Origin: an uncultured Selenomonadaceae bacterium
Lineage (GTDB): Bacteria > Bacillota > Negativicutes > Selenomonadales > Selenomonadaceae
DNA: 64,000 nt
Reading direction: 5' to 3'
Assembly: GCA_902778455.1 (NCBI GenBank)
Contig: CACYXR010000017.1
Location: 60,794-124,793 of the forward strand
The number at the start of each line of letters is the position of its first letter. The first letter of the stretch is position 1. Positions 1-9,003 of the stretch are shown here, in pieces. Below the pieces are notes generated by a model that saw only the letters and a program-made list of their open reading frames with translations, had not been told where the DNA came from and ran no database searches. A program made the position numbers and the translations under genes.

Positions 1-92
1 AGGCATCTATTCCCGCTAAGCTCTCGCTCCGCTTTCCGTTCGCGTTTGCTAAGCGCTCATATTATACCATTATTGAAAGGCGGCGTAAAATC

Positions 93-539
93 ATGGACGC
101 CATTGATCGAAAAATACTTCATAAGCTGCAGGAAAACGCGCGCGCTACGCTCTCCGATCTCAGCGGCGAGGCCGCGCTGTCGATTCCCGCCGTCAGCGAA
201 CGGCTGAAAAAACTGGAAGCCTCCGGTGTCATCCGCCAGTACACGGCCATCCTCGACCCCGCCATGCTGAACAAGCACTTGATGGCGCTGATATTCCTGC
301 GCTTCGACAGCCCGAAGCACGGCGACCGCTTCGAGGCCTTCGTCCGCAAGGAGCCGGAAATCAAAGAATGCTACTACATCACCGGGGATTTCGACTACTC
401 ATTGAAAATAATCACCGAAAACACCAGCACGCTGGAAAAACTCCTGACGCGTATCAAAGACGTTCCCGGCGTCGTAAAAACGCAGACCATCGTAATCCTG
501 TCCACAATCACCGACAGCCCGTCAATTTTCCCGGAATAG
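93..539 (+). CDS. Lrp/AsnC family transcriptional regulator
   Basis: 148-aa ORF. N-terminal winged HTH (MDAIDRKILHKLQENARATLSDLS...SERLKKLEASGVI) followed by an AsnC-type ligand-binding domain. Confidence 0.85.
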   Translation: MDAIDRKILHKLQENARATLSDLSGEAALSIPAVSERLKKLEASGVIRQYTAILDPAMLNKHLMALIFLRFDSPKHGDRFEAFVRKEPEIKECYYITGDFDYSLKIITENTSTLEKLLTRIKDVPGVVKTQTIVILSTITDSPSIFPE

Positions 540-570
540 TTTTTCATTTTATTTTCAGGTTATGTTCGTT

Positions 571-586
571 TGTTTCACGTGAAACA
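571..586. promoter_or_regulatory. parS: parS (ParB/Spo0J binding site), perfect palindrome TGTTTCACGTGAAACA
   Basis: Exact match to the Firmicutes parS consensus TGTTNCACGTGAAACA. Lies in a convergent intergenic region. Embedded in a ~39-nt unit (552-590) that recurs at 60614-60652 and 60745-60783. Confidence 0.75.
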
Positions 587-618
587 TTTTTTCTCTTTTC
601 CGTGAAAAAATACCGCGT

Positions 619-665
619 AAAAAATCCCTTCGCACCGCACATTTGCGAATGCGAAGGGATTTTTC
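619..665. terminator. bidirectional rho-independent terminator between lrp-like gene and bofA
   Basis: Stem ATCCCTTCGCA / TGCGAAGGGAT (624-634 / 650-660), flanked by an A-run and a T-run, between convergent genes. Confidence 0.6.
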
Positions 666-674
666 TTCCTTTGT

Positions 675-1004
675 TTATCCCACGAGAAATTTTTCCCAGA
701 CAAAAATACCGATGACGCCCGGTATGCCGAAAACGCCCGCGATCAAAGCTTTCAAAACCGTGATCTCTATTCCCGCGCCAAACAGGTCAATAATGAAAAG
801 CAGGATTGCACCGCATACGCTGTTCGACACGAATTTCAGCAAAAGCGCAATCGGCCATTTCAGCAGCTTGACCAAAAGGCAGATTGCCAAAAGACCGACA
901 GCAAACGAAATAACGATACTCGATTCCGCCAAAAAACTCACTTCCTTTTCGTATTCCGCTTTAAAATACCGTAAATCCAATTTTGCTCCGAAGGAGAAAA
1001 TCAC
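675..1004 (-). CDS. bofA: BofA-like pro-sigmaK processing inhibitor (small membrane protein)
   Basis: The C-terminal part (...ILLFIIDLFGAGIEITVLKALIAGVFGIPGVIGIFV) resembles BofA. The recR-bofA neighbourhood matches Bacillus. There is no ATG in the ORF: the maximal ORF starts at GTG 1004, and a more plausible start is TTG at 932, preceded by AAGGAAG (~85 aa). Confidence 0.6.
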   Translation of the reverse strand: MIFSFGAKLDLRYFKAEYEKEVSFLAESSIVISFAVGLLAICLLVKLLKWPIALLLKFVSNSVCGAILLFIIDLFGAGIEITVLKALIAGVFGIPGVIGIFVWEKFLVG

Positions 1005-1060
1005 TCAAACAGGCATTTCATCAAGGCATACGGTCGGAGGGAAATAAAAACACTCTCCGA

Positions 1061-1108
1061 CCTCCGATATCCCCCGCCTATAGAGGCGGTGACATCTTAT
1101 CCTTGTCA
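1061..1108 (-). repeat. 47-nt conserved motif, copy 1 (second copy at 20882-20928)
   Basis: Minus-strand reading: ACAAGGATAAGATGTCA-CCGCC-TCTATA-GGCGG-GGGATATCGGAGG. Overlaps the recR stop codon and lies upstream of bofA. Confidence 0.5.
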
Positions 1109-1702
1109 TAATTCTACGCGATTCTCCATCGCTTTCGCCAATGTCACCTCGTCCGCGTATTCGAGATCGCCGCCGACAGGCAATCCGTGGGCAATACGCG
1201 TGACCTTGAGTCCCATCGGTTTCAATAGGCGCGCGATATACATGGCCGTCGCTTCGCCCTCGACATTCGGGTTCGTCGCCATGATGACTTCCGTGACCGT
1301 CCCATCAGAAAGCCGCGCCAAAAGCTCTTTTACGCGGAGATTTTCCGGCCCGACGCCCTCCAGCGGTGAAAGCGCGCCGTGCAGCACATGGTAGACGCCG
1401 TGGAAGTCGTGCATCCGCTCCACCGCCGCCACGTCCTGCGGCTGCTCGACCACACAGATGGTCGCATGATCGCGTTTCGCCGAAGCGCAGATTGCGCAGG
1501 GATCGCGGTCGCTGAGGTTGCAGCAGACGCCGCAAAAACCGATTTTTTCCTTCGCTTCAAGAATCGCCCCGGCCAGCGCCTTCGCCTTGGCCGTGTCCAT
1601 GTCCAACACATGGTACGCGAGGCGCACGGCGGTTTTCGTGCCGATGCCCGGAAGCGCGCGAAAATGCTCGATCAGTTTTGCCAGCGGCTCTATATACTGC
1701 AC
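1106..1702 (-). CDS. recR: recombination protein RecR
   Basis: 198 aa. HhH region ([15 protein letters not shown]), C4 zinc finger (CGVCCNL...CAIC) and a Toprim domain. Confidence 0.95.
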   Translation of the reverse strand: MQYIEPLAKLIEHFRALPGIGTKTAVRLAYHVLDMDTAKAKALAGAILEAKEKIGFCGVCCNLSDRDPCAICASAKRDHATICVVEQPQDVAAVERMHDFHGVYHVLHGALSPLEGVGPENLRVKELLARLSDGTVTEVIMATNPNVEGEATAMYIARLLKPMGLKVTRIAHGLPVGGDLEYADEVTLAKAMENRVEL

Positions 1703-2032
1703 TTAAATCATCCCCGGCGGCAGCCCGAGGCCGCTGGTCAGCTTCGCCATCTCGCTCTGCATCATTTCATCGACCTTCTTGCCGCACTCGTTGACGGCAG
1801 AAACAATCAAATCCTGGAGCATTTCAACGTCATCGGGATCCACCGCAGCCTTGTCAATGGAAAGCGATTCCACGATTTTCTCGCCGTTCATCACGACCTT
1901 GACGACGCCTCCACCCACGGAGACCTCCACAGTGCGCTTTTTCAGTTCTTCCTGCATTTTCTGCATCTGCGCCTGTACCTTCTGGACTTTTTTCATCATA
2001 CCGGCCATATTGCCGCCCATTCCGCCAAACAT
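1703..2032 (-). CDS. ybaB: YbaB/EbfC family nucleoid-associated protein
   Basis: 109 aa. MMKKVQKVQAQMQKMQEEL... is typical of the family. Immediately upstream of recR. Confidence 0.9.
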   Translation of the reverse strand: MFGGMGGNMAGMMKKVQKVQAQMQKMQEELKKRTVEVSVGGGVVKVVMNGEKIVESLSIDKAAVDPDDVEMLQDLIVSAVNECGKKVDEMMQSEMAKLTSGLGLPPGMI

Positions 2033-2116
2033 TGAATGTCCTCCCTTTATTGCCTGATTTGTTCAGTGCTTTTTTGAATTTACAGTTATATAGGATAGCA
2101 AAAGCGCGCGCCGCCG

Positions 2117-2614
2117 TCAATATTTCCATCCCGCGACACGTTTTATTCCTTCGTCGCCCGCCGCATCTCTCCACTCCGCAACCGTGCGCCCTTTAACGAC
2201 GAGCTTCGACGCGATTTCCTCCAGCGGTATGAGCACGAAGGCTCGTTCCGTCATGTACGGATGCGGCAGCGTCAGCTCCGATGTGTTCCTCTCCACGCCC
2301 TCGATATGCAAAATATCAATGTCGATAATCCGTGGTCCCCAGTGCTCATGGCGCACGCGCCCCAATTCCGTTTCCAAAGCCTGCACCACCGCCAGAAGTG
2401 ACTCCGGCGAAAGCCTCGTTTGCAGGGAAACGGTGAGATTCAAGAAGCGCGGCTGATCTGTCTTGCCCCACGGTTCCGTCTCGTAAAGCGACGAAACGGC
2501 GAGGATTTTCATATCTTCATGTTTCGCCAGCCGCCGCACCGCCTCGCGAAGCGTTTCCTCGCGATTTCCCAGGTTCGCGCCAAGGCTCAGATAAGCGTTT
2601 AAAGTTTCAGCCAT
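2117..2614 (-). CDS. folK: 2-amino-4-hydroxy-6-hydroxymethyldihydropteridine diphosphokinase
   Basis: 165 aa. AYLSLGANLGNREETL...YETEPWG...RIIDIDIL motifs. Overlaps the folB stop. Confidence 0.9.
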   Translation of the reverse strand: MAETLNAYLSLGANLGNREETLREAVRRLAKHEDMKILAVSSLYETEPWGKTDQPRFLNLTVSLQTRLSPESLLAVVQALETELGRVRHEHWGPRIIDIDILHIEGVERNTSELTLPHPYMTERAFVLIPLEEIASKLVVKGRTVAEWRDAAGDEGIKRVAGWKY

Positions 2615-2981
2615 TTTTCGGTCGTGCCCTGCGGATCGTCACCGCCGCGTCGGCAAATTTCCCGGGGATCGGTGCGTAAGGCTTATGCACGGTGATACGC
2701 AGGCGCTCGATCAACGAATGCTTTTCAAAAAGCACTTCGGCGATGCGCTCCGCCACCGCCTCCAAAAGCGTGAACGGCTCCCCCTCGACGATGGCCCGCG
2801 CCTCGGCAAATACGTCCGCGTAATTGACCGTCTTTTTCAGGTCGTCCGTCTTTCCTGCCGCTGCAAGGTCGAGATACATCACGACATCGACATAGAACCG
2901 CTGCCCGATGGCGCGCTCCTCCTTCATGCAACCGTGATACCCGAAAAATTCCATGCCAAGCAATTCCACTTTGTCCATCAT
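2607..2981 (-). CDS. folB: dihydroneopterin aldolase
   Basis: 124 aa. LLGMEFFGYHGCMKEERAIGQRFYVDV is typical FolB. Lies between folP and folK. Confidence 0.9.
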   Translation of the reverse strand: MMDKVELLGMEFFGYHGCMKEERAIGQRFYVDVVMYLDLAAAGKTDDLKKTVNYADVFAEARAIVEGEPFTLLEAVAERIAEVLFEKHSLIERLRITVHKPYAPIPGKFADAAVTIRRARPKNG

Positions 2982-3012
2982 GCTGCCGCCCCTCCAATAC
3001 CTGATTTTTATA

Positions 3013-3864
3013 TTATCTTTGATTCGCCCGCAAAATCACGTCCGCCATGCGGCACATCCGCGCAACGGGCTTTACGTCGTGCACCCGCACAATGTCCGCG
3101 CCTGACGCAACGCCGAGCACGCAGGCCGCGCCCGTGGCTTCCATGCGTTCCTCCACGGGAAGGCCCAGCGAAGCCCCTATAAAGCTTTTCCTGCTGACGC
3201 CCAAGAGAATCGGCCAACGTGCGCCGTCCCAATCCGAAAGCTCCGCCAGCCGCCGCAAAACGACGAGATTATCCTCCGCCGTTTTGCCGAAGCCGATACC
3301 CGGATCGAGAACCAGATTTTCCTCCGCCAGGCCCGCAGCTTTTGCAACGCGCCGGCTCTCGCGGAAAAATTCCTTCATCGTTTCCATGATATCTTTTTCG
3401 TATGTCGTTCCCGCTTGATTGTGCATGACGACCACGGGCAGATTATATTGCGCCGCGACCTTTGCCATTTGCCCCGGTTCTTTTCCGTATTGCAGGCCCC
3501 AAATATCGTTGAGGATATGGACGCCAAGCTCCGCCGCCATCGCCGCCGTCTCCGCCTTGAAGGTGTCCACAGAGACTGGCACGGGAATCTCCGGCAGCAG
3601 AGTTTCAAGGAACGGGCGCAGCCGCTCCATTTCTTCCGCCGCCGAAATCGGGACGAAGCCCGGTCGCGACGATTCCGCGCCGACGTCGATGATATCCGCG
3701 CCATCCGCCACCATTTGCCTCGCATGGGCAAGAGCTTTTTCAGGCGTATTCCAAATGCCGCCATCGGAAAACGAATCCGGCGTCACGTTCAGGATTCCCA
3801 TGATGAGCGTCTGTTCGCCGAAAACGAGTTTTTTCCCGTCGCGAAACCGATATTCCCGCCGCAT
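3013..3864 (-). CDS. folP: dihydropteroate synthase
   Basis: GILNVTPDSFSDGG, DIIDVGAESSRPG and GVSRKSFIG motifs. The maximal ORF reaches 3963, but the ATG at 3864 (MRREYRF...) has a G-rich SD-like stretch upstream and gives a normal ~283-aa length. Confidence 0.9.
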   Translation of the reverse strand: MRREYRFRDGKKLVFGEQTLIMGILNVTPDSFSDGGIWNTPEKALAHARQMVADGADIIDVGAESSRPGFVPISAAEEMERLRPFLETLLPEIPVPVSVDTFKAETAAMAAELGVHILNDIWGLQYGKEPGQMAKVAAQYNLPVVVMHNQAGTTYEKDIMETMKEFFRESRRVAKAAGLAEENLVLDPGIGFGKTAEDNLVVLRRLAELSDWDGARWPILLGVSRKSFIGASLGLPVEERMEATGAACVLGVASGADIVRVHDVKPVARMCRMADVILRANQR

Positions 3865-3992
3865 TCCGCACCCCCGAAATTTAAATCCCGCAATTTCCTT
3901 CCCATTGTATAGGCAGGATTGCAGAAAGTCAAACGGTTTCGATTGAGCTTTGCGCCGCTTCATGCTAAAATAGTATTATGAGGTGAAAAGCA

Positions 3993-4997
3993 ATGGACAT
4001 CCCTCGGCAAAGAAAAAACGCTATCACGGCGTATCTTGTTTATGTCGCTGTATTTTATATAATCATACAGGGCAACATAGAGCCTTTTTTCTCGTACGCA
4101 AGTACATTCGGGCTGATTGGGCATTTATTGACCTTCCCCCTCTATTGGATCGGGCTGAAAATCCACACAGGGGAAAAACAATGGCCGTGGGTGTGGTTCA
4201 CGGCCACAGGCGCATTTTATTTCCTTGGCGATTTCTCCTGGGCCTGCTATGAAGATTGGCTCAACATCCCTATGGAGTCGCCGTCGATTTGCGACGTTTT
4301 TTATCTGCTGAATTCCTATACCTGCTGCTGCGCGTTTATCTGCTACATCCGCCAGACCAAGGAATTGCGGCTGGGAACCACATTCTTGGATATCCTGATA
4401 TCCGTCCTCGCCATCGGCAGTCTCCTGTTCCATTTCATCATTTCTCCGTTGATTAACAATCCATCGGTCGGGTTGTTCCAAATGTTTTTCCACGCGAATA
4501 TGAGCGTAATCGACCTCGCGCTTTTCACGGGCATCCTGACCATCATCTGGGGCACGGAACAAAGCCAGTTCTACACGAAACGAACCCTGCTGCTCGGCCT
4601 GAGTTTTTTCCTCTGCTGCTTCGTGGAGCAGCTTTCATTGGCGATTGAGGTTTACGAACTTCCCATCGCTTTGTTCTTCGAGCCGCTTTGGACAATCCCC
4701 TTCTGGTTCTTCGCACTGACTGCCACATATCCCGACGAGGATGAGACAGACGAGGAGGAACGTGCGGCTATTCACCGCACCTGGAGAAAACCGCTCCAAG
4801 CCTTGCGAGTCGGGCTTCCCTATCTGCTTGCGGCGTTCATCCTGATTTCCGTCGGCCCCGACGGCGCATCCAAAAACACCGCCTTTTCTCTGGTGCTGTT
4901 CCTGACGTCAATCCAGGCATTGCTGACAATCCTGCGATATGCAAGAAACAAAAGGACGAACCCGGCCAACAATAATTCACAAACAGCAAAACCTTGA
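3993..4997 (+). CDS. polytopic membrane protein, unknown function
   Basis: 334 aa with ~8 hydrophobic segments and an acidic loop (PDEDETDEEE). No catalytic motif recognised. Confidence 0.6.
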   Translation: MDIPRQRKNAITAYLVYVAVFYIIIQGNIEPFFSYASTFGLIGHLLTFPLYWIGLKIHTGEKQWPWVWFTATGAFYFLGDFSWACYEDWLNIPMESPSICDVFYLLNSYTCCCAFICYIRQTKELRLGTTFLDILISVLAIGSLLFHFIISPLINNPSVGLFQMFFHANMSVIDLALFTGILTIIWGTEQSQFYTKRTLLLGLSFFLCCFVEQLSLAIEVYELPIALFFEPLWTIPFWFFALTATYPDEDETDEEERAAIHRTWRKPLQALRVGLPYLLAAFILISVGPDGASKNTAFSLVLFLTSIQALLTILRYARNKRTNPANNNSQTAKP

Positions 4998-5022
4998 CGC
5001 AGCGAAAAATATATGTTATTAT
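4994..5022 (+). promoter_or_regulatory. sigmaA-type promoter for tRNA-Ser
   Basis: TTGACG (4994-4999), 17-nt spacer, TATTAT (5017-5022), about 45 nt upstream of the tRNA. Confidence 0.5.
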
Positions 5023-5067
5023 ATTTTTCGTTCTAAGCGGCGCAGCCTGCCGATTAGAAAACCATTC

Positions 5068-5156
5068 GGAGTGGTACTCAAGTGGCTGAAGAGGACGGTT
5101 TGCTAAATCGTTAGTGGGGCAACCCAGCGGAGGTTCAAATCCTCTCCACTCCGCCA
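5068..5156 (+). tRNA. tRNA-Ser (anticodon GCU), CCA encoded
   Basis: Acceptor stem GGAGTGG/CCACTCC, D arm CTC..GAG, anticodon stem ACGGT/ATCGT with loop TTGCTAA, long variable arm, T arm GGAGG-TTCAAAT-CCTCT, 3' GCCA. Confidence 0.92.
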
Positions 5157-5170
5157 TAATGACAAGGTTT

Positions 5171-5206
5171 CAGGGCATCGAGATTTTCGATGCCCTGTTC
5201 TTTTTT
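5171..5206 (+). terminator. rho-independent terminator after tRNA-Ser
   Basis: Stem CAGGGCATCG / CGATGCCCTG followed by TTCTTTTTT. Confidence 0.8.
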
Positions 5207-5253
5207 GCCTTTGGGGGGTAATTGGGGAAAGTTCTATGACGTCGCGCGCGGCG

Positions 5254-5283
5254 AAAAAAGACTGGCAGCCGAAACTGCCAGTC
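5254..5283 (-). terminator. rho-independent terminator of lipoprotein hydrolase gene
   Basis: Minus-strand reading: GACTGGCAG-TTTCGG-CTGCCAGTC followed by TTTTTT. Confidence 0.7.
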
Positions 5284-5345
5284 GATTTCCCATTTGCTTT
5301 TGAAGGAATTCTTTCTTGCTTCTTCGCCGTTCACTCTATCTGCTG

Positions 5346-6383
5346 TTACTGATTTTCCTGGTAAGCAGCGACTCTCTTTGCCACATTGTCCTTGATGTTG
5401 TTGAAATAAAGCGCGTAGTCATCGCCATGACGACCGTCCGGCCCAAAGAACTCGGCGGCAATCTTAGCCTCCTCCTCGGGCAACGGATTGCCTTGAGCAT
5501 GCGTCACGACCACGCCGCGGGCCAGGTTGATCTGCGCGTCCCCGCCGACATCCCTGATCTCAGGCTTGCCGGTTCTCTCGTTCAGCACCATCGACCCCAA
5601 GTTCAAACTCGCCGGTGCGTATGTTTCATCCAGCTTCCAGTTGAGTGGGTTGATGCTCATTGTGTTCGGCAGTACCACGGCATTTTTGGCGTTGGTCTCC
5701 ACGTTTTTTGGCCCCTCAGTGTTCCATGCAACTATAACGCCCGTGTCGCTCTCGCCGGCGGCGAACTTCAGGTGCGGATTGGCCGCAAGGTAGTCCTTCG
5801 TGACGGAATATCCAATGACATAGGCCGCAACCATGCGCTCATAGTACTCAGGATGCTCCTTAAAGTAGTTCTTCAGCAACAATAAAATCATGCTCGACCC
5901 CTGACTATGCCCGGCGATGATAAACGGACGGCCGTTGTTGCAGTTCTCGAAGTAGTAATCGAGGGCGGCGGTTATGTCATCGTAGGGCATACCGGAAAGT
6001 GCTGCGTCGACGTCCCCGGTTTTCTTACGGATTTCCCCTGCATACCGCAAGCTGGCCTGACGGTAGTACGGCAAGAATACGTTGGTAGCCTCCTCGTACG
6101 CTCCTGCATTCATGACGTACGAGGCTGCCACGCCGTTTCTCATCTGGGCGTTATCGAGCGTCGCGTAATCGGGGTCACCCTCGTTAAAGCCCATGTACTC
6201 CGTCGGGTAGATGAAAAACGTGTCGACTTCCTTAGTGATTTCCGGAATCTGATACCAGCAGTCCTTCCTGGAGTAATCGGGCGCCGTTCCCGTGCTGCCG
6301 GTTGCCGCCGACGCGCCGACGCAGGCCGTCAGACTAAAGACCAAAGCAACAACCAGTACCAACGCCATAATTTTCTTTTTCAT
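5346..6383 (-). CDS. lipoprotein, alpha/beta-hydrolase fold (DUF3089-like)
   Basis: 345 aa. Lipobox signal MKKKIMALVLVVALVFSLTAC. Nucleophile-elbow motif GHSQGS. Confidence 0.7.
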   Translation of the reverse strand: MKKKIMALVLVVALVFSLTACVGASAATGSTGTAPDYSRKDCWYQIPEITKEVDTFFIYPTEYMGFNEGDPDYATLDNAQMRNGVAASYVMNAGAYEEATNVFLPYYRQASLRYAGEIRKKTGDVDAALSGMPYDDITAALDYYFENCNNGRPFIIAGHSQGSSMILLLLKNYFKEHPEYYERMVAAYVIGYSVTKDYLAANPHLKFAAGESDTGVIVAWNTEGPKNVETNAKNAVVLPNTMSINPLNWKLDETYAPASLNLGSMVLNERTGKPEIRDVGGDAQINLARGVVVTHAQGNPLPEEEAKIAAEFFGPDGRHGDDYALYFNNIKDNVAKRVAAYQENQ

Positions 6384-6521
6384 CTTCCTTCTCCTTTCTT
6401 TGCGGTCGTTTCTGCTTTATAGACCAATTCCCCGTCTATCTTTTCATTCCTCCCCATGCTGAAAAACTCCGTTCATTATTTCATTCAACTATCCGTATGA
6501 TCTCAGAATCCGTGGTTAGTA

Positions 6522-8222
6522 TTACATGTTCTTGAATACGGTTTTCCCCTTGAACACGGTTTCGAGCACTTTGATATCCTGGATCTGTTCTGCCGGAGTC
6601 GTTTCGATATCACTGTCCAGAACGAGCAGCTCCGCGGATTTCCCGACTTCGATGGAACCAGTGACCTTTTCCAGATGCGCCTGATATGCCGCATTGATCG
6701 TGTGCGCCTGGAGCGCTTCCCTCAGGCTGACACATTCCTCCGGCTTGGAGGCGGGCACGTCCTTGTACAGTTCATAGGTCAAATCCATCTTGATATGCCT
6801 GCGGGTCATAGCCACCTGAAACCCCGCAATGCCGCAGGCGGGATTGACAACAAAATCCGATCCGTAAGCGCACACCACGCCGTTGTCGATCAACGACTTG
6901 CTCGGGTAAGTCTCCCGGACAACATCCTCGCCCCAGTAATTCACCATGACCTTCTCGTCCGTCGGGCTGGCGCTGAACCATCCGGGCTGGTCGCTGGCGA
7001 TGATATGGCTCTTGCCCATACGCACCCTGTCCTCCGGGGCGACGAATGTGCAATGCGCGATGATGTTCCTGATGTTTGGATTTGGGTACGTCTTCTGCGC
7101 GTTCTCATAGCAGTCGATGACCCGGCGTACGGCATAGCTTCCCATGGCGTGCGTATGGACGTTGAATCCTTCCTTGTTGGCGCGCGCCATAGATTCCTTC
7201 ATGTGCTCCTCGTCCCAGAGGAGCGGCTCCCTGCCGCCCGCCATTTCGCCGGCCGTTTCCGCAAACGGCTCGATCATGGAGAGGAGGCCGTCGGCAAAGT
7301 ACTTCAACGTGTCCACGGTAAAGAGTCCTTCGACATCGTACTTCGTTCGGTTGGCGACCGCCTTTTCCATGTCTTCCTCTCTGGTCGAGTCGTTGACATT
7401 GTGAACGCCGGTCACTCTGGCAGTGAATTCGCCATTTTTTGCCATTTCCGTGAGAACTTCATCCGGCGACTCGATCAGATAACAGTCGCATAACAGGGTG
7501 TAACCTTTTTCGTTGAATACCGCAAATGCCTTTTTCATGGAATCATGATGCTCTTTCGGCGTGAAGTCATAGTTTGGAATCCTGTCGACAATGGGGAAAT
7601 AAGCAACCGGCTCCTTGATATAGCCGCTGGGAGTTCCGTCCGCTTCCTTGACAATCAGGCCGTTCAGGTCATCCGTATCCTTCGTGACGCCGGCGGCTTC
7701 GAGCGCTTTCGTGTTCAGCAGGATCTTGTGCCCGCAAAACGACAAAAGAACTACCGGCCTGTCGGGTACGACCGCGTCGATGTCATGCCGTGTGAACGGT
7801 CTCACGATGCCTTGCAGACCGCCGGAAAACCATGTCCTGTCCCAGCCAATCCCCCGGATGACCGCGCGGTCTTTGTGCGCTTCGGCATAAGTTTTCAGTT
7901 TTTCCTGCATCTGCTTCAGCACACCTTCCGGCGTATCCGTCTTCGGATTTGGCACAATTTCGCTGAAGCTGCACGTCCCGAATAATTCCGCGGAGTGGGC
8001 GAGATGCATATGCGCGTCCCCAAGACCAGGAATTACGCTCTTGCCGCCGCAATCCACGACCTCCGTGGCGTCGCCGATCCACGCCTTGACCCCTGCCTCG
8101 TCTCCGACGTAAATGAATTTACCGTCCCGGATGGCAACCGCCTCCGCGTGCGTTTCCGTTCCGTCCAATGCAACGGAATAAACCTTCGCGTTCCTGTAAA
8201 CCTTGTCTGCAATCTGTGCCAT
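6522..8222 (-). CDS. amidohydrolase family protein (Amidohydro_3 / YtcJ-like metal-dependent hydrolase)
   Basis: 566 aa. N-terminal metal-binding GLGDAHMHL, C-terminal ...YGSDFVV... and GSIEVGKSAELLVLD, typical of this family. Confidence 0.8.
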   Translation of the reverse strand: MAQIADKVYRNAKVYSVALDGTETHAEAVAIRDGKFIYVGDEAGVKAWIGDATEVVDCGGKSVIPGLGDAHMHLAHSAELFGTCSFSEIVPNPKTDTPEGVLKQMQEKLKTYAEAHKDRAVIRGIGWDRTWFSGGLQGIVRPFTRHDIDAVVPDRPVVLLSFCGHKILLNTKALEAAGVTKDTDDLNGLIVKEADGTPSGYIKEPVAYFPIVDRIPNYDFTPKEHHDSMKKAFAVFNEKGYTLLCDCYLIESPDEVLTEMAKNGEFTARVTGVHNVNDSTREEDMEKAVANRTKYDVEGLFTVDTLKYFADGLLSMIEPFAETAGEMAGGREPLLWDEEHMKESMARANKEGFNVHTHAMGSYAVRRVIDCYENAQKTYPNPNIRNIIAHCTFVAPEDRVRMGKSHIIASDQPGWFSASPTDEKVMVNYWGEDVVRETYPSKSLIDNGVVCAYGSDFVVNPACGIAGFQVAMTRRHIKMDLTYELYKDVPASKPEECVSLREALQAHTINAAYQAHLEKVTGSIEVGKSAELLVLDSDIETTPAEQIQDIKVLETVFKGKTVFKNM

Positions 8223-8403
8223 ATGAATTCCGCTTTTCGCTTCGTATAAGTGTATTTTCCCATTTATATTATATTCCCTGCCGCGCCTGAATCAATGGGA
8301 AGTTCCAGAATGTCACCCCCGCTTTGCGAAGGATTTCTTGCTTTTGCCGCTTTTGATGGGTAAACTAAAGGAAGCAAAGAAAACAGAAAGCGTTGATAGA
8401 GTT

Positions 8404-9003
8404 ATGAATATACTGTTTGCAGAAACCCTGAAAAAACTGAGAACAGGCAAAGGGCTTTCACAGCGGGATTTGGCCGAGCGGATGTATGTGAACCGTTCCA
8501 CGGTAGCCCGGTGGGAAAGCGGCAGCCGTCTGCCGGACGCCGTAATGATTTCCCGACTCTCCCACTGCCTCGGCACAGATGTCAATATTCTGCTTTCGGC
8601 GGCGGAAAGCGACGACGCCCCGAATGTCATCATGGTGGACGACCGGAAATTATTTCTCTCGGGCGCTTTGCCGATTCTGGAAGAGGCGATGCCGGACGCA
8701 ATCATCACCGGCTTTACCCGTCCTTCGGAAGCCGTCGAATACGCACAGGCAAACCGGATTGCGCTGGCCTTTTTGGATATCGAGATTGGGAAAACGAACG
8801 GGCTCGAGCTTTGCCGTGCGCTGCTGGCAATCAATCCCCGCACCAATGTGGTGTATCTGACCGCGCACGTCGAGTATTCCTTTGACGCGTGGAGCACCGG
8901 AGCCAGCGGTTTCCTGCTCAAGCCGATCACTCCGGAGGCCCTCCGGGCGCAGCTCAGGAATCTTCGGTATCCTTTTGCGCACGAGGGAGGCAAACGCGAA
9001 TGA
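8404..9003 (+). CDS. response regulator with N-terminal XRE-type HTH and C-terminal receiver domain
   Basis: HTH: LKKLRTGKGLSQRDLAERMYVNRSTVARWESG. Receiver: VIMVDD..., phospho-acceptor FLDIEI, YLTAH, LLKP. Start chosen at MNILF; the maximal ORF begins at 8338. Confidence 0.75.
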   Translation: MNILFAETLKKLRTGKGLSQRDLAERMYVNRSTVARWESGSRLPDAVMISRLSHCLGTDVNILLSAAESDDAPNVIMVDDRKLFLSGALPILEEAMPDAIITGFTRPSEAVEYAQANRIALAFLDIEIGKTNGLELCRALLAINPRTNVVYLTAHVEYSFDAWSTGASGFLLKPITPEALRAQLRNLRYPFAHEGGKRE

